Shown in pieces: positions 14,092 to 22,903 of a stretch of DNA of 32,000 bases. Position 1 is the stretch's first letter. Each line of letters starts with the position of its first letter. Source of the DNA: Candidatus Kuenenia stuttgartensis. GTDB taxonomy: Bacteria > Planctomycetota > Brocadiia > Brocadiales > Brocadiaceae. The notes below the pieces were generated by a model. That model searched no databases, was not told the DNA's origin, and saw only the letters and a list, made by a program, of their open reading frames with translations. Both the position numbers and the translations under genes were made by a program. The stretch spans positions 1,320,001 to 1,352,000 of the forward strand of contig NZ_LT934425.1 in assembly GCF_900232105.1 (NCBI RefSeq), read 5' to 3'.

Positions 14092-15537
14092 ATGAGTAAA
14101 ACTAAAGTCTTAACTACAGCGGCAGGCATACCTGTCTGCGATAATCAGACTTCCCTCACCGCCGGAGAACGCGGCCCGACGTTGTTACAAGATCACCATC
14201 TTCTTGAAAAATTGGCGCATTTCAACCGTGAACGTATCCCTGAGCGTGTTGTCCATGCAAAAGCAGCCGGTGCACATGGTACTTTCATCGTTACCAAAGA
14301 CATCACCCGATACACAAAAGCCAGCATCTTTTCGGAAGTTGGGAAAAAAACCGATGTATTTGGCCGATTTTCTACTGTGGCAGGGGAAAAAGGCTCTGCT
14401 GATACGGTTCGGGATGTCAGAGGCTTTGCATTGAAATTCTACACTGAAGAAGGCAATTGGGATATGGTAGGAAACAATACTCCCGTGTTTTTTGTACGGG
14501 ACGCCATAAAATTCCCCGATTTCGTTCATACCCAGAAACGTGAACCTCAAACCAATCTAAGGTCAAAAACCATGATGTGGGATTTCTGGTCGCAGGTTCC
14601 GGAATCATTGCATCAGGTAACTATTCTGTTTTCAGATCGCGGCATCCCCATGGGCATCCCCTTTATGCATGGTTTCGGGAGTCATACCTACAGCTTTATC
14701 AATGCGGACAATGAACGTTTTTGGGTGAAGTTTCACTTCAAGACTCAACAGGGCATTCGGAATATGACTCCGGAAAATGCAGACCGTATTGCAGGGGAAG
14801 ATGCCGACTACCATACACGTCTGTTATTTGAAACTATCGGGAGTGGGGATTACCCTAAGTGGACATTTTATGTCCAGGTAATGCCGGAATCTGAAGCGGA
14901 AACGTACCGGTGGAATCCGTTTGATTTAACCAGGATATGGTCGCATAGTGACTATCCTTTGATAGAGGTTGGGGTATTGGAGATGAACCGCAATCCCTCG
15001 AACTATTTTGCCGAAGTCGAGCAGTCTGCTTTTTCTCCTGCTAACGTTGTTCCCGGTATTTCTTTTTCTCCCTGTAAAATGCTCCAGGGACGTATTTTTG
15101 CCTATGCAGATGCCCATCGGTATAGACTAGGCGTGAACTTTGGGCATCTACCGATAAACCGTCCGCTTGCCACGGCAGCAAACACCTATCAGCGGGATGG
15201 CTCAATGAGATTCGATGACAACGGCGGAGCTTCCGTAAATTATGAGCCGAACAGTTTCGGAGGACCCAAAGCAGACCACGCGTATAATGAGCCGCCGCTG
15301 AAAATTTCAGGTGACGCGAATCGCTATGAACAGAAAAGAGGTATTGATGATGATTTCGTCCAACCCGGAAATCTCTTCCGGCTGTTGCCGCCTGACGAAC
15401 GGAAACGGCTCATTGAAAACATTGTTGCAAGTCTTAGAAAAACGCCGAAAGACATCCAGGAAAGGATGGTTCCGTATTTTTACAAAGCAGATGAGGCTTA
15501 TGGAGAAGGTGTTGCAAAGGGACTAGGGCTTTCATAA
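14092..15537 (+). CDS. katA: Monofunctional heme catalase (small-subunit type)
   Basis: 481 aa. [22 protein letters not shown] holds the distal His. Further matches are [47 protein letters not shown] and [14 protein letters not shown] (proximal Tyr region). Confidence 0.95.
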   Translation: MSKTKVLTTAAGIPVCDNQTSLTAGERGPTLLQDHHLLEKLAHFNRERIPERVVHAKAAGAHGTFIVTKDITRYTKASIFSEVGKKTDVFGRFSTVAGEKGSADTVRDVRGFALKFYTEEGNWDMVGNNTPVFFVRDAIKFPDFVHTQKREPQTNLRSKTMMWDFWSQVPESLHQVTILFSDRGIPMGIPFMHGFGSHTYSFINADNERFWVKFHFKTQQGIRNMTPENADRIAGEDADYHTRLLFETIGSGDYPKWTFYVQVMPESEAETYRWNPFDLTRIWSHSDYPLIEVGVLEMNRNPSNYFAEVEQSAFSPANVVPGISFSPCKMLQGRIFAYADAHRYRLGVNFGHLPINRPLATAANTYQRDGSMRFDDNGGASVNYEPNSFGGPKADHAYNEPPLKISGDANRYEQKRGIDDDFVQPGNLFRLLPPDERKRLIENIVASLRKTPKDIQERMVPYFYKADEAYGEGVAKGLGLS

Positions 15538-16940
15538 GAGAATAATACGTTCTCCTCTTGAAGCGGAAATAGAAAGGATAGGTAAAATGATCTATAAAAG
15601 CATAAAGAAAAACATAGGGTTTGGCTTCCTCGCACTCTTTGGGTGCTGTTTGTTCTTGCCCACCCTTGCTAATGCACGGGTTGGTATAACGGCTACCGAT
15701 AAAAAATATATTATTCTGCAAGCCGTCATCATGTTTCATTTGCAACACCCAGAAACGATGAAAATGGTTTTATAACCATATCATATTGCGGTACCTGTGC
15801 TTGAGCTATTTTTTGTAGTTTTACTTTCGAGTCGAAAACATCTGGCATTTCTGTTTCTGTACCGGTTCAAATGTATATGGCCATCCAAAAGGTATCAGAT
15901 TGTAATTTACAAGGTCTCTGCTTGTCATTGCAGGGGGGGGGCTCCGCTTGTCATTGCGAGGGTCTTTTCCGAAACAATCAATATACTACGAGATATTTTG
16001 TGACATAAGAGACGCCATATCGCGGGAGAAAGAAGCAAATTAAGGGTGGCTCAAGGGCTAAAAAAATAGAATTAATTAATGGAATGAATGCAGGATGGAA
16101 GGATCTCTATTACGGTTTATGAGGTTGCTTCGGAAAAGACCCTCGCAATGACAAAACGGATACCCGCGTAATGGCAAAATGAGTCATCAGTCATCATGTT
16201 TCATTTGCAACACCCAGAAACGATGAAAAATGGTTTTATAACCATATCATATTGCGGTACCTGTGCTTGAGCTATTTTTTGTAGTTTTACTTTCGAGTCG
16301 AAAACATCTGGCATTTCTGTTTCTGTACCGGTTCAAATGTATAGGGCCATCCAAAAGGTATCAGCTTGTAATTTACAAGGTCTCTGCTTGTCATTGCAGG
16401 GGGGGGGCTCCGCTTGTCATTGCGAGGGTCTTTTCCGAAGCAATCAATATACTACGAGATATTTTGTGACATAAGAGACGCCATATCGCGGGAGAAAGAA
16501 GCAAATTAAGGGTGGCTCAAGGGCTAAAAAAATAGAATTAATTAATGGAATGAATGCAGGATGGAAGGATCTCTATTACGGTTTATGAGGTTGCTTCGGA
16601 AAAGACCCTCGCAATGACAAGCTGAAAAGACCCTCGCAATGACAAAACGGATACCCGCGTAATGACAAAATGAGTCATCAGTCATCATGTTTCATTTGCA
16701 ACACCCAGAAACGATGAAAATGGTTTTATAATCATATCATATTGCGGTACCTGTGCTTGAGCTATTTTTTGTAGTTTTACTTTAGAGTCGAAAACATCTG
16801 GCATTTCTGTTTCTGTACCGGTTCAAATGTATAGGGCCATCCAAAAGGTATCAGCTTGTAATTTACAAGGTCTCTGCTTGTCATTGCAGGGGGGGTTCCG
16901 CTTGTCATTGCGAGGGTCTTTTCCGAAGCAATCAATATAC

Positions 16941-18999
16941 CCCATGTTCCGGAAAGAAATTACTAAAGTCAAATTTGGCAAACACTTATAAACATTGATT
17001 CTGCGACTACATGTCTTTTGGAAGTCTTTTAATTACTGGCCGAAAACAACATTGGACATTCCAAGTTTTTCCAATAGCATTTGTGTGACGGCGGGAAGTT
17101 TCACGGCTTTCTTTAAGGTTTCACCGGTATTTTTAGCCTCAAGAGTGGCGATATCTATATCTTTGAACGGCGCATAGAGTTCCTTTGAGTTTAAAAAATC
17201 TTTTTCTCCTATTGCCTTTCGTTGGTTTGATAGATAACGGTTTATAAAATATGCCAGGATGCAGATAGTATAGACGGCTTTAACATGTGCCTCGGTATTG
17301 ACAAAGAAGGGCCTGATTTTTAAGAACGATTTTACATTTTTAAAGACATCTTCTATTTTTGTCTTGTCCCGATAGGCTCTAACTATAGATTGGGGTTTTG
17401 CTTTAAACGCACCTCCATCTTCCCGTTCTGTATGGTTAGTGATAAAAACACATACGCCATCCAACAATCTATCTGCGGCTATAACATCAGTTAACAGCTT
17501 GATTTCTATTTTGAAACTTTTGACGGATTTGACCTGCCCGTTTTTCAGTCTATGGGTAACGGTGATGGACGTCAGAACAGGGTCTTCGAAATATTTATGA
17601 ATCTTTAACCTTTTCAGCTCATCTACAATGCGGCTCTTTGTTGCGTCATATTGCCGGTCTCTTTGGGCATTTTTAAGGTTTTTATTCTCTTCTTTGAGAT
17701 AATCCTTAAAAAAGGTTATTTTCTCGTCTCTATTATTGCGGTCTTCTATAAATAAAGTGGGATTAAAACCGGTAATAAAACGCTTGTTTCCTATGACGCC
17801 ATTGTCATGGTAGTATAATTCATCATCATAGTTTAAAAACCCTTGCGGGATAGGTATATCGGAGGCGTCCTTATCTTCTATGGATAACCCATTAAGAGAC
17901 TTTAAACTGACACCGCAAGAGGGTATCTGATTTCTATCCAATGCCGAGATGTATTTGAGTTTGGCTTCTTCTATCAAATTGGCATTGTCCTCAGAGATTA
18001 TGCCTCTGTCAAATACAAGGGTGACGTTTTTATCAGTCAATTTGAATCTGGTTTTACAGGCATTGATATTCTGTTTGAGGGTTTTTACCTCAGCGGTGTT
18101 CCCGGGGAATACATCCCATTTGAAAGGATATCCCTCAGAGTTGATAAGAACACCCAGTAAGACCTGCCGCCTGCCATGACACTCTATTTTGCCCTTGCCA
18201 AATGCCGATAGATCACAGTTATATCCCACAAAGTAGGAAGTAGTTAGGTCGTAGTTGATAAATTTATAGGATTCCGGACGTTTCCAGAAGGTTTGGTTAA
18301 AAAGGTGGTTCTCTATAGATATTTTGTTTTTGTGTATTTTATCTAATTCATAATAGATTTTATCGTCATTTAGGCCTGAAAGATCAATTTTAAGAATGTC
18401 CTCCAGCGCGCTCTTTTTCGCCCAATGAGGAATGGAATAATGAGAACACGGATCGGTGCACCTGTTAATAGTCAGTATCTTTGCAATCATATTGGTAGGA
18501 AGGGCGCCTGCAGTGACATCGTAGTCAAAAGCCTGATCAAGCTGCCACTGGTTCCACAACTCATTAACAACGGCTATATCGAGATATGCCCTGCTTTCCA
18601 GGACTGCAACGTCTTTGAGCTGAGTCTGCAATTGATCTGTGTTTTCAACTGTTTTACATATCAGTTTGATTTGCTCGGCTTGAATATCGGAAAGTTTCCC
18701 GATGGGCCAAAGTATTCTTTTTCTGACCTTTTTGCCATCCCTGTAGGATTCGGCAATAGAGTAAGATTTATAGGTTTTCCCTTTGTATTTAGAATCGCTA
18801 TAAGTAAGGTGCATAATGTAGTCCCAATATTCTTTGACTACACTATCATTAATAAAATATTTTGTCAAGTCAGTATTTATAGGGTTATAAAGGATTTGTA
18901 TTAATAAATAGGCCATTTATTCTGCGACTACATATTATTTTGAATTTGTGGAAACCCGCTTAAAATAAGGATTTTGTTGAAATCTTTCCGGAAAGGGGG
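16941..18999 (-). mobile_element. IS1634-family (IS4 superfamily) insertion sequence, 2059 bp, with 6-bp target duplication ATATAC
   Basis: It interrupts repeat unit 3 exactly. Uninterrupted units read CAATCAATATACTACGAG. Here ATATAC occurs at 16935-16940 and 19000-19005. The imperfect TIRs are CCCATGTTCCGGAAAGA... (left end) and the complement of ...TCTTTCCGGAAAGGGGG (right end). Confidence 0.85.
17033..18916 (-). CDS. IS1634-family DDE transposase
   Basis: 627 aa, intact. The N-terminal signature KGKTYKSYSIAESYRDGKKVRKRILWPIGKL is typical of IS1634-type transposases. The true start may be the internal Met at 18814 (MHLTYSDSKYKGKTY). Confidence 0.88.
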   Translation of the reverse strand: MAYLLIQILYNPINTDLTKYFINDSVVKEYWDYIMHLTYSDSKYKGKTYKSYSIAESYRDGKKVRKRILWPIGKLSDIQAEQIKLICKTVENTDQLQTQLKDVAVLESRAYLDIAVVNELWNQWQLDQAFDYDVTAGALPTNMIAKILTINRCTDPCSHYSIPHWAKKSALEDILKIDLSGLNDDKIYYELDKIHKNKISIENHLFNQTFWKRPESYKFINYDLTTSYFVGYNCDLSAFGKGKIECHGRRQVLLGVLINSEGYPFKWDVFPGNTAEVKTLKQNINACKTRFKLTDKNVTLVFDRGIISEDNANLIEEAKLKYISALDRNQIPSCGVSLKSLNGLSIEDKDASDIPIPQGFLNYDDELYYHDNGVIGNKRFITGFNPTLFIEDRNNRDEKITFFKDYLKEENKNLKNAQRDRQYDATKSRIVDELKRLKIHKYFEDPVLTSITVTHRLKNGQVKSVKSFKIEIKLLTDVIAADRLLDGVCVFITNHTEREDGGAFKAKPQSIVRAYRDKTKIEDVFKNVKSFLKIRPFFVNTEAHVKAVYTICILAYFINRYLSNQRKAIGEKDFLNSKELYAPFKDIDIATLEAKNTGETLKKAVKLPAVTQMLLEKLGMSNVVFGQ

Positions 19000-19587
19000 A
19001 TATACTACGAGATATTTTGTGACATAAGAGACGCCATATCGCGGGAGAAAGAAGCAAATTAAGGGTGGCTCAAGGACTAAAAAAATAGAATTAATTAATG
19101 GAATGAATGCAGGATGGAAGGATCTCTATTACGGTTTATGAGGTTGCTTCGGAAAAGACCCTTGCAATGACAAGCTGATACCCTTGTAATGACAAAATAA
19201 GTCACCAGTCATCATGTTTCATTTGCAACACCCAGAAACTATGAAAATGGGTTTATAGCCATATCATATTGCAGTACATGTACTTGAGCTATTTTTTGTA
19301 GTCTTATTTTCGAGCCAGATGACTGGTTTGGCAGGTTTAATTGTAATTTAGATGCATCAGGTTGTGTGTTTGGATGCTACGTAGACGTAGCAAATGATGA
19401 GAGAATAAAAGGAGGTATTCCGAAAGACCGATCACTTGAGAATAAACGACTTACCGGCAAAAATGATATTCGGGAATATGCTTAGAAGTCTTCGTAAATA
19501 ACTTGAACAGATTAAAAGACCGCTGTATCGCAGATGCACGGTTAGCAAAGAGACATTATATAATCAAACACGGGAAAGGAGTATATC

Positions 19588-20402
19588 ATGCAAGGCAACG
19601 AGTTGATAGAAGTTGATACAAACGTCCGTCTCCACATACGGGACTGGGGGCAAGGCAAGACAATCGTGTTCATTCCAGGATGGCCACTAAGCCTTGAGAT
19701 GTATGAGTACCAGTTTACGCAGTTGCCTAAGCATGGTTATCGTTGCGTGGGTATTACGCTGCGCGGCTTCGGCAAATCGTCCAAACCCTGGGGAGAATAT
19801 ACCTATGATGTCTTTGCGGATGATGTCAGGAAGGTGCTGAGGCGCTTGACCTGCGCGACGTCACACTGGCCGGTTTTTCAATGGGTGGTGCTATTGCCCT
19901 GCATTACATGGCCCGCCACAAGGGGGAGAGAGTATCAAAACTGGCTCTCTTTGGTGCGGCAGCACCGAGCTTCGTCAAAAGACATGGTTTCCAATACGGC
20001 CTGGAGTCAGCAGCCGTTAATGGTTTTATAGAGTTGTGCTATGCAGATAGAGCAAAGCTTAATGAGGATTTTGGCAAAATCTTTTTCCGCAGCGAGAATG
20101 CAGTGAGTCCGAAGCTTGGCGAGTGGTTTCACAATATGGGAATGGAAGCATCTCCTCATGCTACCGCAGCCAGTCTTATTGCACTGCGGGATACTGATCT
20201 GCGTGGTGACATGGCAAAGGTCAACGTGCCGACTATGATTTTACACGCCACGCAGGACAAGATATGCCTTTTTGAACTGGCGGAAGCAATGGCGGCAGGA
20301 ATTAAGGGGGCAAAACTGATAGGATTCGAGAAAAGCGGGCATGCCCTGTTCTACGAAGAGAAAGAGAAGTTCAACAAGGAGCTTGCGAACTTTGTTGGCT
20401 AA
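19588..20402 (+). pseudogene. Alpha/beta hydrolase of the non-heme haloperoxidase/arylesterase type, split by a 1-nt frameshift near 19838-19842
   Basis: Fragment 1 reads MQGNELIEVDTNVRLHIRDWGQGKTIVFIPGWPLSLEMYEYQ...GFGKSSKPWGEYTYDVFADDVRKVL. After a +1 shift the reading continues ALDLRDVTLAGFSMGGAIALHYMARH..., giving the nucleophile elbow GFSMGG. The C-terminus contains GHALFYEEKEKFN. Confidence 0.8.
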
Positions 20403-20761
20403 TGCGGTATGTTTTAGTTGATACCAATTTCGGGGGTACTAATGAAGCCCCGTTACCTCGGAAACAAAAGAGCTTTTAATAGGAGCATTCCCGATTTTTT
20501 GTAACCGTTTGTGTGATTAGGGCAAAACAAGGCTGCCAGGGGTTAATACTACTTTACGTTTCATTAAAACATGGCAGAAGTCACAAAAAACCAGGAATGC
20601 ACCTGTATCAACCCCACAAGGGCATGAAAGCTGCAGGGATATGGCAAGCTTGTCCCCCGCTGGCGGGGGATTAAGGGGGTGGAATTGTCTGCGGAGCGTG
20701 GGAAAGAGGGGCGAATTCGTTTTCATAATAAAGGGGTAGTTGAATCGGTGGAGAAATCCAG

Positions 20762-22174
20762 TCCACCCCCTGCACCCATAAGCGCTAACTTGTTTTAGGT
20801 ATGCTCGAAGTATTTTGATATCTGTGTTTTTCGGATTCTTGTATTTTCTGCTAAAGAACAAGCAATGTCATTCCAGCACTTAAGAACTTCCTGTAATGAT
20901 AACGCTGGTTCTATAGCCCGTTTTACTTGATTAAGCATAAAAGCAAATTCACGCCATTTGCTTTTAGTCTTCTTGCTTGACAATGAAGTATCCCCAGGGG
21001 GAAAAAGACGTAGCAAAATCTATTAGTTTTTCTGTCAAAAGAGCAACGAATAGTTTGCCATAAAGCCAAGCTTTTGAGCTATCATCATCGTATTTAGGTA
21101 AGTGTCCAAATTGTGCTATTTGTTTAAATCTTTTAAAGACCAGTTCAATTTGCCATCGAACTCGATACCATTCTAAGATATCAAAAGCGGTAAATTGATT
21201 TTCAGGAAACGTTGTGAATACTATTACGTACTTGGCATAAATAAGGGTCTCCGGTTTTAGTTCAATGCCCTTTTTGCTTGCATGTCTTTTAAGTTTTTTA
21301 TGAGCTATTTTAATGGCTTCTTCTGTTTTGTGTATTATACAAAGACGACCTTTGACATATTCAGTATTATCAACGTTTGGAATAAAAACGTTCCATGATT
21401 TTATAGCAAGGGGTCTTTTTAAATATTGGATTTCTTTCAATAAAGGAAAGGGTTTCTTTTCTTCGCCGAATATCCGTAGAGATTGCGAATTAACTCTAAC
21501 GCTAAGATAAGCGCCTTTCCTTGTTGCATGATGAATTCCTTGGCCAGTACAGTAACCTCTGTCAGCTATAATATAATCATCTTTTTTCATCGGAAACTGC
21601 CGAAAAGATTCTCCTGTGCCTTCTCCTTCAGTTCCCGTAAGTTTAAAGAAATCGCAAGATAATGAAGGAACCTCAATACTATAATGAATGCGCCAAAGAC
21701 TTCCTGTTTTCCCAGGTTCCTTTACTGTTGTTGCATCAAATAAGCGAAGATGAAAATTATTCCGTTTATTAATTTGGAGGCCACGCTCACGGAATAAAGA
21801 TAAACATAATTTATATAGCCATTCTTTGCTCTTTTTTAATCGCTTTAATAAGGCAACATCGGATAAATCTGCTAAGTTAGCACGCTTGGCTCGAACTACT
21901 GTTTCACGCAATGAATAGCCACATCCTAAATGAATTAATAATGTTCGAAGAAGCTTTTCTTCAGATTTATCCTTGCGCAAGCCTTTTAAAGCATTTGTAT
22001 CAACGGCTAAACTTTTCCAATCGTTTGGGAAGAAAGTTCTTAGAAGATCCCAATCTTCTCTCATCATGGCTTTATCCTCCTATAGAGTGATTAGCGGGAT
22101 AATTAACATAAAAATACCATGATGAATAAAATTTGTCAATAAAACAAGTTAGCGCTTATGGGGCAAGGGGTGGA
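20762..22174 (-). mobile_element. IS4-family insertion sequence, about 1.4 kb, with about 36-bp near-perfect terminal inverted repeats
   Basis: The left end is TCCACCCCCTGCACCCATAAGCGCTAACTTGTTTTA. The reverse complement of the right end is TCCACCCCTTGCCCCATAAGCGCTAACTTGTTTTA. They differ at 2 positions. I found no convincing target duplication. Confidence 0.8.
20795..22067 (-). pseudogene. IS4-family DDE transposase, C-terminal roughly 57 codons in the +1 frame (frameshift at a T5C5G4 run about 20985-21000)
   Basis: The main ORF is 20964..22067 (367 aa) with LFDATTV, IADRGY and the Y-(2)-R-(3)-E-(6)-K block YRVRWQIELVFKRFK. The reading ...SFSPWG continues in another frame as DTSLSSKKTKSKWREFAFMLNQVKRAIEP... 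down to 20795. Confidence 0.8.
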
Positions 22175-22253
22175 TGCTAATCCCTTTAACCACTTATAAA
22201 GTTTGAACCGAATAATTATAACGAAAGGGAAGCGGGAGCTTCCAATGCACTTG

Positions 22254-22279
22254 CGTTCCCAAGCCGGAGCTTGGGAACG
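22254..22279. repeat. REP-like hairpin CGTTCCCAAGC-cgga-GCTTGGGAACG
   Basis: 11-bp perfect stem. It shares the GTTCCCAA/TTGGGAAC arm core with hairpins inside the MITE at 11585-11606 and 11736-11783. Confidence 0.7.
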
Positions 22280-22426
22280 AGGGTATTAATAAGAAAAATA
22301 TTCAATATTCAATTCTCAAATTTTTGCTCAGAACAAGTGACAAATAAATTCCAGATGCCAAACAGGAATTTTGTGATTTGGGCATTGGAATTTTACCGCA
22401 ATACGTGGCCCCATCATACGCATAAA

Positions 22427-22472
22427 CCCATAAGTTCAGGTTTGCAAACCTGAACCCGCCGGGAGTTATGGG
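22427..22472. repeat. Nested palindrome: 22-bp perfect palindrome GTTCAGGTTTGCAAACCTGAAC inside CCCATAA...TTATGGG
   Basis: Read directly: inner palindrome 22434-22455, outer arms 22427-22433 and 22466-22472. Confidence 0.7.
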
Positions 22473-22729
22473 CTGTCAAAGTGAAGCTGACGTCAAAACC
22501 CTCTTTACAGGACTTCGACAATCTTAACCGTGCTGCCGATCTGATTGAAGCGGATATACGGGTACTTATCTCCCAGACAACCCAGTCAGCAGCAGGAAAG
22601 ACACACATTTCATGCCCCTTGCCAGTCTTGTTGAAAATACTCGTTGAACGATAATATATATCAGGTAAAATTTAAAAGGTATTTCTTGTGCTAATCTATA
22701 TTTGTGAAACACCTTAGTTTTTTGAAACC

Positions 22730-22801
22730 GTAGGGGCGAAGCATTTGCCATAACTGGCATACATGCATTCATGCCCAAACGGGCAAATGCTTCGCCCCTA
22801 C
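22730..22801. repeat. Long hairpin: 20-bp perfect stem GTAGGGGCGAAGCATTTGCC / GGCAAATGCTTCGCCCCTAC with a structured 32-nt loop
   Basis: Arms at 22730-22749 and 22782-22801. The loop contains GGCAT...ATGCC around ATGCAT. It lies about 100 nt upstream of the HAD gene. Confidence 0.75.
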
Positions 22802-22903
22802 ATCGTGCGGCAAACAATGTAACTATTGGAATTTTTCAAAAAACTAAAATGTTACATATTTGTTATTTTACCTAAAACACTCGCAATAAAAGGAACATAC
22901 ATA

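Larger units (their letters stand above)
15725..19314. repeat. Noncoding tandem repeat array, about 3.2 units of about 465 bp, interrupted by an IS element
   Basis: - Units start with GTCATCATGTTTCATTTGCAAC at 15725, 16190, 16681 and 19208, the last being partial and more diverged.
- Unit 2 is 491 bp because of a 25-nt internal duplication (GCTGAAAAGACCCTCGCAATGACAA, 16621-16645) and one extra A.
- Unit 3 is split at 16940/19000 by IS1634.
- Each unit holds a 30-bp inverted repeat, TTGTCATTGCGAGGGTCTTTTCCGAAGCAA and its complement (15948-15977 and 16125-16154 in unit 1). The arms are 147 nt apart.
- Each unit also has a G-tract: G9 in two units and G7 in one. Confidence 0.9.

Noticed and set aside
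15587-15775. 62-aa ORF after the catalase gene (MIYKSIKKNIGFGFLALFGCCLFLPTLANA...)
   Set aside because: It has a signal-peptide-like N-terminus, so it is not impossible. However, its last roughly 17 codons are supplied by the first tandem-repeat unit, and I recognise no family or clear SD. I left it uncalled.
15797-16469. Duplicated 68-aa ORFs (15797..16003, 16263..16469) inside the tandem repeat
   Set aside because: They use a GTG pseudo-start with no SD. The sequence runs straight through the G-tract and the inverted-repeat arm (..ACHCRGGAPLVIARVFSEAIN..). The third unit has an in-frame stop and a G7 tract that breaks the frame. They look like translated repeat DNA rather than a gene.
15725-19314. 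Possibility that the tandem array is a CRISPR array
   Set aside because: The period is about 465 bp, and the sequences between the conserved parts are themselves identical between units, so there are no unique spacers. No cas genes are present in the window.
20517-20861. 114-aa ORF on the minus strand left of the IS4 element
   Set aside because: It crosses the IS terminal inverted repeat boundary at 20762 and translates a GC-rich hairpin repeat (..PPPAGDKLA..). It has no SD and no recognisable domain.
22271-22817. Three overlapping ORFs of 60-83 aa between the IS4 element and the HAD gene
   Set aside because: They overlap one another and are built from palindromic repeats, for example the 20-bp stem read as ..GEAFARLGMNACMPVMANASPL... 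They are most likely noncoding.
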